From: Prochlorococcus sp. AG-449-J16
GTDB taxonomy: Bacteria; Cyanobacteriota; Cyanobacteriia; PCC-6307; Cyanobiaceae
Length of the DNA: 64,000 bases
Reading direction: 5' to 3'
Assembly: GCA_003209565.1 (NCBI GenBank)
Contig: QCQK01000003.1
Span: 8,656 to 72,655, forward strand
In this document: positions 22,707-35,118 of the stretch, one piece after another
Position numbering within the stretch: position 1 is the stretch's first letter
How the letters are laid out: each line of letters starts with the position of its first letter
The notes under the pieces: model-generated
The model's database searches: none
What the model saw: only the letters and a program-made list of their open reading frames with translations
What the model was told of the DNA's origin: nothing
Program-made: the position numbers and the translations under genes

Positions 22707-23243
22707 CTAATTTATTAATGATTTTGCTTGCTTATCTACTGCAAGTAGATTCTCTGAAAGATCCTTTTTTAGTCTTTTTTCTATCATTCCTATAGGCATC
22801 CATTGACAGCCCTGAACAGTAAGATCGTAAATCAATGAATTTTTTGAAGTATTTTTGATGTTTTGAATTTTCCAACTTCCTTCAAATTTCCTGAAATCTC
22901 CTCTTATTAATTTAAATTTTAAAAGGCCAAGCTCCTTTTCTTCAAATAAATCGATAGTTACTTCTGCTGAAAATTTAATTCCAAGGAAATCTTGAGCACC
23001 AACTTGTTTAAGGTGGACATTATTTTTATTTTGATATATTTTTTTGCTTGATAGTAGATTTGGAATGTAAATATTTAATCGATCATAATCTGTTAAAACA
23101 TTCCACAACGAATCTAAACTTGCAGAAGTTGTTAGTTGAGCCGCAAGTCTTCTAGTTCCGTTAGAAAACTTTTCCATAGTTTGCTCAATTGTCCTGTAGT
23201 CATTTGTTTTAAAATGATCCACTGATTCTTGAGGATTATTCAT
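22707..23243 (-). CDS. SRPBCC/START polyketide cyclase-dehydrase family protein
   Basis: LWNVLTDYDRL..YIPNL, GDFRKFEGSWKI motifs. Confidence 0.85.
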   Translation of the reverse strand: MNNPQESVDHFKTNDYRTIEQTMEKFSNGTRRLAAQLTTSASLDSLWNVLTDYDRLNIYIPNLLSSKKIYQNKNNVHLKQVGAQDFLGIKFSAEVTIDLFEEKELGLLKFKLIRGDFRKFEGSWKIQNIKNTSKNSLIYDLTVQGCQWMPIGMIEKRLKKDLSENLLAVDKQAKSLIN

Positions 23244-23400
23244 AAATAAATTTTTTAATTAGATAAAAAATTATTTCTGTGTAACTATACTGTTTAAAAC
23301 AACAAATACTTAAAAATAAAAATAATTTTGTTTATTTATTCCGATCTCAAAACGTAACCATTTTTGTAAAATCACTACAAATTAAACTACAAATTGATAA

Positions 23401-24567
<1,167 letters not shown>

Positions 24568-24676
24568 ATTTTTATATTTAGTTTTAAGTTTAACCAACTC
24601 AATACTTTTTGGTTTAGACACAATTTGTAGCTAATCTTCGAAAAAAAGAGGATTTTAAAAAAAGAATACTAAAAAT

Positions 24677-26200
24677 ATGTCTTCAACTTTAAGTAATCCT
24701 CTAAGATTAGGTTTACGGCAGGAAAGAGTCATACCTCCACAATGCTTAGTAATATTTGGTGCTAGTGGAGACCTTACTCATAGAAAATTAATACCAGCCT
24801 TATTTGAACTCTACTTGCAAAGAAGGATTCCTAGTGAATTTGGAATAGTTGGTTGTGCTAGAAGACCTTGGACTGACAATGAGTTTAGAGAAAAGATGAA
24901 AGTAAAGCTATCTAATCAAATATCTGGTAAAGAACGTGAGTGGGAACAATTTTCTAATTATCTTTTCTATGAACCAGTTGACTTACAACAAAGTGATGAT
25001 GTCGTAAGGCTTTCTGAAAGATTAAATGAAATAGATAAAACACAAGCAACTCATGGGAGTAGAACATTTTATTTATCAGTATCTCCGAATTTCTATGCAA
25101 GTGGATGTGAAGCTCTTAAAGCAGCTGGCCTTTTAGATGATCCTAAGAAAAGTCGTTTAGTGATTGAAAAACCTTTTGGAAGAGATTATTCAAGTGCAAA
25201 AAAATTAAATAAGATCGTTCAAAGTTGTGCTGAAGAAAATCAGATTTATAGGATTGATCATTATTTAGGTAAAGAGACAGTTCAAAATATTCTTGTCTTG
25301 AGATTTGCCAACACTATTTTTGAACCAATCTGGAACAGAAATTATATTTCAAATGTTCAAATTACTTCATCTGAGACAGTAGGTGTTGAAGATAGAGCAG
25401 GTTATTACGAAAGCTCAGGTGCTCTAAGAGATATGCTCCAAAATCATATGACTCAAATGCTTGCTGTTACTGCTATGGAGCCTCCTGGAAAATTTGAACC
25501 AGAAGCTATAAGAAATGAAAAAGCCAAGGTACTTCAAGCTTCAAAACTTGCTGATGAAAATGAACCGTGGAATTGTTGTATAAGAGGTCAATATGGAGAG
25601 GGAGGAAATATCTCAAATCGACTCAAAGGATATAGGCAAGAAGATGGTGTTAATTGTAATAGCACAACAGAAACTTATATTGCGACAAAAGTATTCGTTG
25701 ATAATTGGCGTTGGCAAGGAGTCCCTTTTTATTTGAGAACAGGGAAAAGACTACCTAAAAGACTTGGAGAAATAGTCTTGACTTTTAAAGATGTTCCTGT
25801 TCATTTATTTGAATCAACAATTATAAATCCTGCTCCAAATCAACTCATCCTTAGAATTCAGCCAAACGAGGGTGCTACTTTCAAATTTGAGGTAAAATCT
25901 CCTGGTTCTGGTATGAAATCTAGACCTGTTGAGATGGAATTTTCTTATGATGAATCTTTTGGAGAACCCTCAGATGAAGGCTATGTAAGATTATTAGCTG
26001 ACGCAATGCTTTCTGACCCAACCTTATTTACTCGAAGTGATGAAGTAGAGGCTGCTTGGAAACTTTATACGCCATTAATAGAATTGATGGATAATTCTCC
26101 TTGGAAGTTACCTATTTATAATTATGAATCTATGACGTGGGGACCTCCTGAATCTGATCAATTACTTTCAAAAGATAATATTTTCTGGCGCAGACCTTAA
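24677..26200 (+). CDS. zwf: Glucose-6-phosphate 1-dehydrogenase
   Basis: GASGDL, EKPFG, RIDHYLGKETV. Confidence 0.98.
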   Translation: MSSTLSNPLRLGLRQERVIPPQCLVIFGASGDLTHRKLIPALFELYLQRRIPSEFGIVGCARRPWTDNEFREKMKVKLSNQISGKEREWEQFSNYLFYEPVDLQQSDDVVRLSERLNEIDKTQATHGSRTFYLSVSPNFYASGCEALKAAGLLDDPKKSRLVIEKPFGRDYSSAKKLNKIVQSCAEENQIYRIDHYLGKETVQNILVLRFANTIFEPIWNRNYISNVQITSSETVGVEDRAGYYESSGALRDMLQNHMTQMLAVTAMEPPGKFEPEAIRNEKAKVLQASKLADENEPWNCCIRGQYGEGGNISNRLKGYRQEDGVNCNSTTETYIATKVFVDNWRWQGVPFYLRTGKRLPKRLGEIVLTFKDVPVHLFESTIINPAPNQLILRIQPNEGATFKFEVKSPGSGMKSRPVEMEFSYDESFGEPSDEGYVRLLADAMLSDPTLFTRSDEVEAAWKLYTPLIELMDNSPWKLPIYNYESMTWGPPESDQLLSKDNIFWRRP

Positions 26201-26202
26201 AA

Positions 26203-27504
26203 ATGAAACCTCAACTAACACTCCAAACCCCATTAGAGCTGCCTTGTCAGGAAATTTCTAATTACCTTAATAAATTATGGATTTCAGAAGATAAAGATAA
26301 TACTGGGGCTAACACTTTTACGCTAATGATCTGGCAACCTGCTTGGCTAGAACAATGTTTGGTTCAAAAAGGATTAGTAAATGGACCAATTACTGGAAAT
26401 TTAAGTCCAGAGATAATTAAAGTTGCTAAAAAATTTATATTAGATCAAGGACTTCCTATCACTACTTCTCTTGATAGTGAAGAATTATTAAATTTGTTGA
26501 AGGAAAATTTATCTAATAAAGACTTTGAAGATTTTAGAGGACAATTTTTTGAATCATCAATAAGTACATTGAATCCAAGAAGACTAATAACTCTAGCGCC
26601 TACTTTAAATGAAAATTCAGGCATCAAAACTTTTGTGTCCGCTTACTGTCCATTAAGTGATACTTCATCTATGCAACCCATATGCGGGGATTTAGTTGTA
26701 ATTAGGGGGGGCTCAGCTTCAATATCCCATAAAGGACTAAAAATAATTGATGAATTATCTATTAATGAATTACCTTCTTGGTTGTGGTGGAATGGAAGCT
26801 TGGATGAATCGCCAGAAATTTTTGAATATTTTACCAATTATGGTTTAAGGCTAATAATTGATTCTGCTCTTGGATCGCCTAGCAGATGTTTAAAAGTTTT
26901 AGATCAATTAAATAATTCAAATAAAGCTATTAATGATTTGAATTGGGTTAGGTTGAAAAATTGGAGGGAATCATTGGCAATGATTTTTGATCCGCCTTCG
27001 AGAAGACCAATTTTGGATCATATTACTGATATTGATATTGATATCGCAGGAGATCATATGATTCAAGCTTTGTTTTTGATCTCATGGATTAGCGATAAAC
27101 TTGGTTGGTCTTTTATAAGAGTTGAAAGGGATACCGAATTAACAAAAATAGAGTTTAAAAGTATTAATGGCGAAATAATTTCTACATCAATTAATCCCAT
27201 ATCTTTGGGAAATCCAACTATTCATTTAGGACAAGTAATTGGATTGAGGTTGATTTCAAAAATTAGTGATGTTCAAAAAAATAATACTTGTGTAATTCTT
27301 GGTTGTGAATCAGTGGAATGTATGCGACTTGAAGCAGGGGGAATGGCTAATATGGAACTAATAGAACAAGTTGTCCCAAATTCTTTTTCTACATCAGAGT
27401 ATGATGTAAGTAAATTATTGGGAAGCAGTAGAGGTAATACAAGTCCTCTTTTTGAAAATTCTATTAATATAGCCCTTCAAATATTTAATGGTTTTAATAA
27501 CTAA
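26203..27504 (+). CDS. opcA: G6PDH activator OpcA
   Basis: MKPQLTLQTPL start, SAYCP, WLWW, DLNW.RL..WRE; directly after zwf. Confidence 0.93.
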   Translation: MKPQLTLQTPLELPCQEISNYLNKLWISEDKDNTGANTFTLMIWQPAWLEQCLVQKGLVNGPITGNLSPEIIKVAKKFILDQGLPITTSLDSEELLNLLKENLSNKDFEDFRGQFFESSISTLNPRRLITLAPTLNENSGIKTFVSAYCPLSDTSSMQPICGDLVVIRGGSASISHKGLKIIDELSINELPSWLWWNGSLDESPEIFEYFTNYGLRLIIDSALGSPSRCLKVLDQLNNSNKAINDLNWVRLKNWRESLAMIFDPPSRRPILDHITDIDIDIAGDHMIQALFLISWISDKLGWSFIRVERDTELTKIEFKSINGEIISTSINPISLGNPTIHLGQVIGLRLISKISDVQKNNTCVILGCESVECMRLEAGGMANMELIEQVVPNSFSTSEYDVSKLLGSSRGNTSPLFENSINIALQIFNGFNN

Positions 27505-27507
27505 TAA

Positions 27508-28899
27508 ATGCCTTGTGTAATATCTTCTCCTTCAACGGATAGCGGGAAAACAACATTATCTCTTTTGATATCTTGTTGGGCCTTCTCAAAAGGTATAAAG
27601 GTACAAACTTTCAAGGTTGGCCCAGATTATCTTGATCAACAACAACTTAGTTCAATTGGCCAACCTATTTGTAGGAATTTAGATATTTTTTTAAGTGGTG
27701 AGGAATGGGTTCAAGAAAGTTTCTTTAAACATTCTTTGAAATATGAGTTCTCATTAATTGAAGGAGCAATGGGTCTATTTGATGGATTAGGGTCAACAAC
27801 TTATTCAAGCACAGCAAATATCTCTAAACTTCTTAATGTTCCAATAATTTTTATTATTAATGCTAGAGGTCAAGTAGCTTCTCTTTTGGCGACTGTTAGA
27901 GGTTTTAGAGATTTCGATAATGACTTGTCAATAGCAGGAATTATATTTAACAATGTTAGTTCAGATAGACATAAAAAATTAATCGAAGAAGTTTTTAAAA
28001 ATGAGGATATAGAAATTCTTGGTTTTTTGCCATCTGATCCAAAAATAACTTTAAGTAAATCTAATCTAGGTTTGATATCTCCATTGGATAATGGTAAGGA
28101 AATTGATGTTGAATATTTTGCAAATTATGCCGAAAGAAATCTTGATATATTTTCTTTTATTAAATATCTGAAATCTCCTCAAAAGAAAATATTTGATTCT
28201 GTCAGTTTTGAAGATTATAAAATAGATAAAAGTAAACCTATTGCAATTGCAGAAGATAGAATCTTTCATTTTCAATACCCTGAAACTAAGGAGTTTTTGA
28301 GTGAAATAGGAATACCATTGATTTCATGGAGTATTTATGATGATGAAGAAATACCTAATGAGGCTTCATCTTTAATTATTCCTGGGGGGTTCCCTGAAAA
28401 ATATGCTGATCATATAAGTAACTCTATAAAAAGCTTAAGTTCGTTAAGGAAATTCCGCAAAAATGGATTTATATATGCAGAGTGCGGAGGGATGATGATT
28501 TTAGGAGACTTTGTAAAAGATGAAAATGGTAATAACCATAAAATGAGTGGCATTCTTCCTTTTAGATCAAAAAAAAGTAAACTTTCATTAGGTTATAGAT
28601 ATGTTATGGGTTTAAAAGATACTCCGATCATTAAACAAAATCAATTAATTAGAGGACATGAATTTCATTATTGGGAAATTGAAAATGATTTATCTAAACT
28701 TGATTTAAGAAAAGCTGAGCATAAAAAGAAACTTTCCTCCCCATGGAAAATAAAATCTTGGGATACTGAATACAAAAATGAAGGCTTTTTTGATGAAAAA
28801 TTACATGCAAGTTGGATTCACCTACATTTGCCAAGTTCTCCAGAAGTCGCAAAAAACTTTATAGATGCCACTCAAGTTAGTTTTTCAAAGGATTCTTAA
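27508..28899 (+). CDS. cobB: Cobyrinate a,c-diamide synthase
   Basis: SGKTT, FKVGPDYLD, EGAMGLFDG, YAECGG, GHEFHY. Confidence 0.93.
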   Translation: MPCVISSPSTDSGKTTLSLLISCWAFSKGIKVQTFKVGPDYLDQQQLSSIGQPICRNLDIFLSGEEWVQESFFKHSLKYEFSLIEGAMGLFDGLGSTTYSSTANISKLLNVPIIFIINARGQVASLLATVRGFRDFDNDLSIAGIIFNNVSSDRHKKLIEEVFKNEDIEILGFLPSDPKITLSKSNLGLISPLDNGKEIDVEYFANYAERNLDIFSFIKYLKSPQKKIFDSVSFEDYKIDKSKPIAIAEDRIFHFQYPETKEFLSEIGIPLISWSIYDDEEIPNEASSLIIPGGFPEKYADHISNSIKSLSSLRKFRKNGFIYAECGGMMILGDFVKDENGNNHKMSGILPFRSKKSKLSLGYRYVMGLKDTPIIKQNQLIRGHEFHYWEIENDLSKLDLRKAEHKKKLSSPWKIKSWDTEYKNEGFFDEKLHASWIHLHLPSSPEVAKNFIDATQVSFSKDS

Positions 28900-29375
28900 T
28901 TTATTATCAAGTCAAATATTTTGAGAGGAGAACCTAAAAAAAACATGCCAGGCAAAGTGATTAATGGTCCTAAAAAACTCCCCACTATAACTTCGATTTT
29001 AGTATGGCCAAGGGTTTCTTTCAAAAGTAATTCAGATTTAGGGTCTAGTTTTTTAGATAGTTTATTGATTTCTGCAGCTTGAATTCCAGCAGATTTTCGA
29101 ACACCACTAGCGTCATACATAACTATTAGCGCTACAGCAACTGATAATGCAAATATTGAGCTATCAAATCCCAATTCATAACCTATGCCAGATGTAGCAC
29201 CAGTTATTAATGCGGAGTGACTTGAAGGCATACCACCCGTCTCGAACATAATTCCAAATCTTATCTCTCCAGTTGAAAAGAAATTGAATACAATTTTGAA
29301 AAATTGAGCTAGTAAACAGGATAATAAGCTCCAGAAAAGAACTGAATTATTAAAAAAAGGAAAAAACTCAGACAT
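28896..29375 (-). CDS. Divergent PAP2 family membrane protein
   Basis: GGMPSSHSA, MYDASGVR, LGHT..EV. Confidence 0.9.
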   Translation of the reverse strand: MSEFFPFFNNSVLFWSLLSCLLAQFFKIVFNFFSTGEIRFGIMFETGGMPSSHSALITGATSGIGYELGFDSSIFALSVAVALIVMYDASGVRKSAGIQAAEINKLSKKLDPKSELLLKETLGHTKIEVIVGSFLGPLITLPGMFFLGSPLKIFDLIIN

Positions 29376-29388
29376 GAATTAAAACTAT

Positions 29389-30291
29389 TTATCTGTCTCT
29401 GTTTGTAATAAAGTCGGCTAATGATATTAAATGCTTTGCATCTGCCCCCCAAGGTTCAATTGCTTTTTTTGCTTTTTCAACTAAATCAAATGCTCTTTTC
29501 TTCGACTCCTCCATTCCAAGTAATTTTGGATAAGTAGTCTTATCGGCTAAAAGATCTTTGCCGGCAGTTTTACCAAGCTTTTCACTACTTGAAGTTAAAT
29601 CAAGAATATCATCTATTATTTGGAAGGCCAAACCAATCCCCTCTGCATATGTTGTTAAAGCTCGTAATAGCTTTTCGTTAGCGCCTGCGATCATCGCGCC
29701 TGTTCTTACACAAGCCTTTAATAAAGCTCCAGTCTTATGAAGATGAATATATTCGAGAGTATTAAGGTCGACTTCTTTACCTTCGCATTCTAAATCAACA
29801 ACTTGTCCCCCTACGAGGCCTGGTGCACCTGCGACTAGGGATAATTCGCCAATTACATTTAATAATCTACTTGGATCTACTCCAGGGCTCCTTAAAGAGA
29901 CCATTTCAAAGGCCCTAGTTAATAAAGCATCACCTGCAAGAATAGCTATCGCATCTCCATAAACTTTATGATTCGTTGGCCTGCCTCTCCTCAAGTCATC
30001 ATTATCCATCGCCGGCAGATCGTCATGAATCAAGGACATTGTATGGATCATTTCTATCGCTACTGCAGTAGGAACAGCAAGTGATGGTTCTCCCCCAGCC
30101 AGTGAGCAAGATGCTAAACATAAAATTGGACGTATTCTTTTACCTCCAGCTAAAAGGGAATATCTCATTGATTCTCTTAATATTTCTGGATTCTCAGGGC
30201 CCAAGGAAAAATCAAGAGCTTCTTCTACAACCTTTTTTGTGTTTTTAAGATATTTTTCAAAATCAGAAATGCTATCTATAACTTCAGTCAT
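29389..30291 (-). CDS. crtE: Geranylgeranyl diphosphate synthase
   Basis: [34 protein letters not shown]. Confidence 0.95.
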   Translation of the reverse strand: MTEVIDSISDFEKYLKNTKKVVEEALDFSLGPENPEILRESMRYSLLAGGKRIRPILCLASCSLAGGEPSLAVPTAVAIEMIHTMSLIHDDLPAMDNDDLRRGRPTNHKVYGDAIAILAGDALLTRAFEMVSLRSPGVDPSRLLNVIGELSLVAGAPGLVGGQVVDLECEGKEVDLNTLEYIHLHKTGALLKACVRTGAMIAGANEKLLRALTTYAEGIGLAFQIIDDILDLTSSSEKLGKTAGKDLLADKTTYPKLLGMEESKKRAFDLVEKAKKAIEPWGADAKHLISLADFITNRDR

Positions 30292-30327
30292 TTTTTCCCT
30301 TTAGTAAAAAATTTTTCATCTTGGAGT

Positions 30328-31236
30328 TTATGGCAAAAGGTTATTAAGGTTTGATGATAAACCAAATTGTTTTTGCCAGCTAAAAATAGTATTTACAAGT
30401 AACATTGTTACTGTCATTGGCCCAACACCTCCTGGTACAGGTGTGTAAGCAAATACTTTAGAAATGACATCTTCTAATAATACATCGCCACATAATCTGG
30501 TTTGATTTTTATTGGAACTTTTTAATCTATGTATTCCAACATCAATAATGACTGCTCCTTCTTTCACAAAACTAGAATCCACAAGATTGGGTTTTCCTGC
30601 AGCAGCAATTAATATGTCGGCTTCTCTACAGATTTTATTCAAATTTAATGTTTTTGAATGAGTCATTGTTACCGTGCCATTTAGATTCAACAACATAAGA
30701 GATAGGGGTTTACCAACAAGCAAACTTCTTCCAATGACAACAATTTTCTTGCCTTCAATTTTAATATTTTGGGATCTTAATAAATTAATAATTCCTGCTG
30801 GTGTGCATGATCTCATCGCAGGCTCATTTTTCACTAATTTCCCGATGTTCATCTCATTTAATCCATCTACATCTTTTCTTGGATCAATATAGCTGATCAG
30901 TTTTTGCTCATCAAATTTCTTTGGGATAGGAAGTTGTAGCAACATTCCATCAATATTCGTGTCTGAGTTTAGTTTTTTTATTAATTGTTCAACTTCTATT
31001 TGCTCTACATTATCTTTTAGATGAAAGATGAAGCTTTTTATTCCAACCCTTGAACATGCTTTTTCCTTATTATTAACGTAAACACCACTTGCTGGGTCTT
31101 CGCCTATTCTTATTACAGCTAGACCAGGTGCTCTTTTTGCAAATGTTTTATTACTAGAAATATATTCATTTAATTTGCCCTCAATTTCAAGAGATAATTT
31201 TTTACCATCTAGTTTTAATGACATTTCGAAAAACAT
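30328..31236 (-). CDS. folD: Methylene-THF dehydrogenase/cyclohydrolase
   Basis: [30 protein letters not shown]; real start probably the second Met (MSLKLDG). Confidence 0.97.
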   Translation of the reverse strand: MFFEMSLKLDGKKLSLEIEGKLNEYISSNKTFAKRAPGLAVIRIGEDPASGVYVNNKEKACSRVGIKSFIFHLKDNVEQIEVEQLIKKLNSDTNIDGMLLQLPIPKKFDEQKLISYIDPRKDVDGLNEMNIGKLVKNEPAMRSCTPAGIINLLRSQNIKIEGKKIVVIGRSLLVGKPLSLMLLNLNGTVTMTHSKTLNLNKICREADILIAAAGKPNLVDSSFVKEGAVIIDVGIHRLKSSNKNQTRLCGDVLLEDVISKVFAYTPVPGGVGPMTVTMLLVNTIFSWQKQFGLSSNLNNLLP

Positions 31237-31298
31237 CTCCTTTTTACACCTAGCATGCCTATAATTTTAAATTAATCAAATAGATTTATTTATATTCT

Positions 31299-32771
31299 GT
31301 GCAAAACATTACAACTACCTTAAAAAAATTGTTTTATCTGTGGAAGAGGAGTCAAGTTCCCATAAAACAACCAACTAAAATTTCAAAAATTGATAATTTA
31401 ATAATTTTTCTGATTTGCATTTTAATTTCAATAATTTCTTCTTATAAAGAACTTCTTATTTCCCCATTAAATATCTCAGATATTTTTTCCTGGCTTTTGA
31501 CCTTTACTGAAGCATTTGTGGGTTCCTGGATTTTGATCTTAGTTTCAAAAAAGGAAAATCCTACAATTTCTTCAAGACAAATCATCTTAATCGTAACTCT
31601 TCTTTTGGCAGTGCAGGCTTCGAAATTAGCCTTGGTTTCAACCATTAGTCCATTATCTTTGATAATTCCTCCAGCATTAATAATATCTCAAGGAATGGGA
31701 AGCATAACGGCTTTAGCTTGGGTATCAATAGCAAGCATTACTTGGCCTGACCCAGCAGTTCCTGTTAATAACAATTTATTTTTTATTTTATTAGTTTGCG
31801 CTTCTGTGGTATCTCTACTTGGAGGAAGAATAAGAAGTAGAGCTCAGTTACTTCAGCTATCAATTTTTGTTCCTATTGGCGCTTTTTTAAGTCAATGGAT
31901 ATTGATAGGTAAAGATAAAATTTCTTTTATTGAAAAACAAGAATTTGTTTTTGCTAAAGATAATATATTTTCAGATTCTTTATTGTTAGCGATAGTGATG
32001 CTTTTTACTATTTTGTTTATTCCTATTTTCGAATCGATTTTTGGATTGTTAACTAAAGCAAGATTACTCGAATTAGCTGATAAAGAGAAACCTCTCATTA
32101 GAAGATTATCTCTTGAAGCTCCCGGTACTTTTGAACATACCTTGCTTATATGTGGCTTAGCAGAGGAAGCAACAAGAATGATTGGTGGTGATATTGATCT
32201 AATTAAAACTGGAGCTCTATATCATGATGTTGGTAAATTACATGCTCCTAATTGGTTTATTGAAAATCAAGATGGTTCAAAGAATCCTCATGATGAAATA
32301 GATGATCCTATTAAAAGTGCAGAAGTATTACAGGCACATGTTGATGAAGGATTGAAGTATGCTAGGAAAAATAGGTTGCCTAAACTGATAGCTAATTTTA
32401 TTCCAGAACATCAAGGTACTCTAAAAATGGGATATTTTTTTCAAAAAGCTAGAGAAAAAAATCTCGATATTAATGAAAATTATTTTAGATATAAAGGCCC
32501 TATTCCACAGTCAAAAGAAACGGCTATTTTAATGCTTGCAGATGGATGTGAAGCAGCACTAAGAGCTATGAATATTAATGCATCTGATAAAGAAGCTTTG
32601 GAAACAATATCTAAAATTATCTACTCAAGACAAAAAGATGGCCAATTAGATGATAGTAATTTATCGAAGGGAGAAATTTTTTTAATAAAAAGGTCGTTCT
32701 TAAATGTTTGGAAAAGAATTAGACATAGAAGAATTCAATATCCAACTAGCAAGAATAACACTTTTTCTTAA
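31299..32771 (+). CDS. Multi-TM HD (HDIG) phosphohydrolase, 7TM-HD/PgpH-like
   Basis: About 7 TM segments, then APGTFEH, YHDVGK, FIENQ, EHQGT, MLADGCEAA. Confidence 0.88.
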   Translation: MQNITTTLKKLFYLWKRSQVPIKQPTKISKIDNLIIFLICILISIISSYKELLISPLNISDIFSWLLTFTEAFVGSWILILVSKKENPTISSRQIILIVTLLLAVQASKLALVSTISPLSLIIPPALIISQGMGSITALAWVSIASITWPDPAVPVNNNLFFILLVCASVVSLLGGRIRSRAQLLQLSIFVPIGAFLSQWILIGKDKISFIEKQEFVFAKDNIFSDSLLLAIVMLFTILFIPIFESIFGLLTKARLLELADKEKPLIRRLSLEAPGTFEHTLLICGLAEEATRMIGGDIDLIKTGALYHDVGKLHAPNWFIENQDGSKNPHDEIDDPIKSAEVLQAHVDEGLKYARKNRLPKLIANFIPEHQGTLKMGYFFQKAREKNLDINENYFRYKGPIPQSKETAILMLADGCEAALRAMNINASDKEALETISKIIYSRQKDGQLDDSNLSKGEIFLIKRSFLNVWKRIRHRRIQYPTSKNNTFS

Positions 32772-32778
32772 TTTAAAT

Positions 32779-33171
32779 TTAAAGCCTAATACTTCTACGA
32801 TGTTTTGGATTACACCAATATAGAAGAGCTAACGTACTTAATAATGTTGTTAAAAGAGTAAACCCCCCAATTCCAAAAATGTCTTGAAGAGTTATGAGCC
32901 TTACAACTGAATAAGGACCCAAACCAGAAATTACCATTGATAGAGAAACTAGAGTTAAAGTTACTCCCCATTTTCTCTCTGCTAAAAGAGCTGCTGAAGA
33001 AACTATTCCAACAATCGCAGCAGGCCATCCAAGACTTATGGCAAGGGTTATATTTGCAACTTTTAATGGAGGCCCATAACTTATTATTAATGCGATTATC
33101 GGGAGTGCAATTATGTTGCCGATTAAGCCAACCCACGAAAGTGACCAATATCCAAGTAACCTTTCTCTCAT
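32779..33171 (-). CDS. Conserved hypothetical membrane protein (4 TM)
   Basis: Hydrophobic 130-aa ORF downstream of leuA on the same strand. Confidence 0.75.
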   Translation of the reverse strand: MRERLLGYWSLSWVGLIGNIIALPIIALIISYGPPLKVANITLAISLGWPAAIVGIVSSAALLAERKWGVTLTLVSLSMVISGLGPYSVVRLITLQDIFGIGGFTLLTTLLSTLALLYWCNPKHRRSIRL

Positions 33172-33253
33172 TATTTACGACTTTAGTTATAAATTCAATC
33201 TACAGTATTAAGAGACTTTTTTTTAATGCTACTTAATAATCCTAAGAAATAAT

Positions 33254-34894
33254 TTAATTTGCAGGATTAGATATAAATGTATTATCAGAATTTTCTAAAT
33301 TATCAAATTGTGGATGAATTGAATTTTTTTTCTCAGAAAATACAAGTCTATTTAAAGCATTAACATAAGCATTCGCTGCTGCAACTACAACGTCCGTATC
33401 AGCAGAATGACCAGAATATATTTTATTATCCCTTCTTATTCTTATTGTTACTTCGCCCAAAGCATCAATTCCTTCTGTTACCGACTTAACTGAAAATTCA
33501 ATTAATTCATTAGGAACTTTAGCTAATTTATTTAAAGCCTCGCATACAGCATCAACGGGTCCAGTCCCTATTGATACAGCAGTATCCTCAGAATTATCTT
33601 CTGTGTTTAAAAGCGAAATGGTAGCAGTGGGTTTAGATGTGTTACCGCAACTTACTTGTACAAGACTTAATTGAAATTTAGCTTCAGGTAGCTGAACCTG
33701 TTCACTAACAATTGCTTCTAAGTCTCTATCAGTAATTTCTCTTTTTCTGTCAGCTAAATCCTTAAAACGGGCAAAAGCATCATTTAAATCTTCTCGACTC
33801 AAATCATATCCCATCTCTTCTAATCTTGCTCTTACTGCACTTCTTCCACTAAGTTTACCCAAAGATATTTTGTTGTCACTCAAACCAACAGTTTTTGCAT
33901 CGATAATTTCGTAAGTTAGTCTATTTTTTAGAACACCATCCTGATGAATGCCTGATTCATGTGCAAAAGCGTTAGCTCCCACAATTGCTTTATTAGGTTG
34001 CACTGTCATTCCAGTTAAATTTGAAACAAGTCTAGAGGTTTTTGTTATTTCTTCTGTTCTTATAGCCGTAAGAGGAGTTGGTGAATCTGGATTTCTTTTG
34101 AAAAAACTATTAAAAAAACTTTTCCTAACATGCAGAGCCATTACTAATTCTTCTAACGAGGCATTCCCAGCTCTTTCCCCAATTCCATTGATAGTACATT
34201 CTAGTTGCCTTGCTCCATTTTTTACTGCCTCAAGAAAATTGGCTACTGCTAAACCTAAATCATTATGACCATGAACCGAAATTACTGCATCATCAATATT
34301 TGGAACATTTTTATTTATATCGGCAATTAGTTTGCCAAATTCACTAGGAGTTGTAAATCCTACAGTATCTGGGATATTTATTGTTGTCGCTCCTGCAGAA
34401 ATTGCTAGTTGAATCACTTCGTATAAAAAATCAGGATCACTCCTTGAGGCATCTTCACAAGAAAACTCAATATCATCTACCAATGATTTTGCATAATTTA
34501 CCATTTCTGGAACTATTTGAAGAACATCTTTTCTGGATTTTTTAAGTTTATGTTTAAGATGAATATCACTTGTCGCAATAAAAGTATGTATCCTTTTCTT
34601 GGGAGCTGGACATACTGCTTCGTAACATGCTTTTATATCTCCTTTAGACGCTCTAGCTAAACCGCATATTGTAGGGCCATGTTCTTTCCCTACAGCATTT
34701 GCAATTTTATTAACAGCTTTAAAATCTCCTGGACTTGCGAAAGGGAATCCAGCCTCAATAACATCAACCCCTAATCTTGCTAATTGATGGGCTATAGCAA
34801 GTTTTTCTTCAAGATTTAAACTGGCACCAGGTGATTGCTCTCCATCTCGAAGAGTTGTATCAAATATCAAGATTCTTCCAGGATCTTTTGACAT
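33254..34894 (-). CDS. leuA: 2-isopropylmalate synthase
   Basis: [37 protein letters not shown], regulatory GPVDA. Confidence 0.98.
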   Translation of the reverse strand: MSKDPGRILIFDTTLRDGEQSPGASLNLEEKLAIAHQLARLGVDVIEAGFPFASPGDFKAVNKIANAVGKEHGPTICGLARASKGDIKACYEAVCPAPKKRIHTFIATSDIHLKHKLKKSRKDVLQIVPEMVNYAKSLVDDIEFSCEDASRSDPDFLYEVIQLAISAGATTINIPDTVGFTTPSEFGKLIADINKNVPNIDDAVISVHGHNDLGLAVANFLEAVKNGARQLECTINGIGERAGNASLEELVMALHVRKSFFNSFFKRNPDSPTPLTAIRTEEITKTSRLVSNLTGMTVQPNKAIVGANAFAHESGIHQDGVLKNRLTYEIIDAKTVGLSDNKISLGKLSGRSAVRARLEEMGYDLSREDLNDAFARFKDLADRKREITDRDLEAIVSEQVQLPEAKFQLSLVQVSCGNTSKPTATISLLNTEDNSEDTAVSIGTGPVDAVCEALNKLAKVPNELIEFSVKSVTEGIDALGEVTIRIRRDNKIYSGHSADTDVVVAAANAYVNALNRLVFSEKKNSIHPQFDNLENSDNTFISNPAN

Positions 34895-35118
34895 GAGATG
34901 GAATAACCTAATCTCATATTAAGCTAATTAAAAAAAATTGACTAGATTTATTTAAATAAATTTGCTGCAAATTTATAACTTAAACAATATTGGTTAAAAT
35001 TCTGAAGAAAAAAATGAAATACTTAAATTATTAAAGTATTCTTTTAGGATCAATGCTTCCTTTTATAAAAGGTAAATTTTGATTTTTTATAGAATTTAAG
35101 GCATAAATTATAAAAAGT

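Noticed and set aside
23366-23378. GTA-N7-TAC palindrome upstream of petH as an NtcA site
   Set aside because: Spacer is 7 nt, not the required 8
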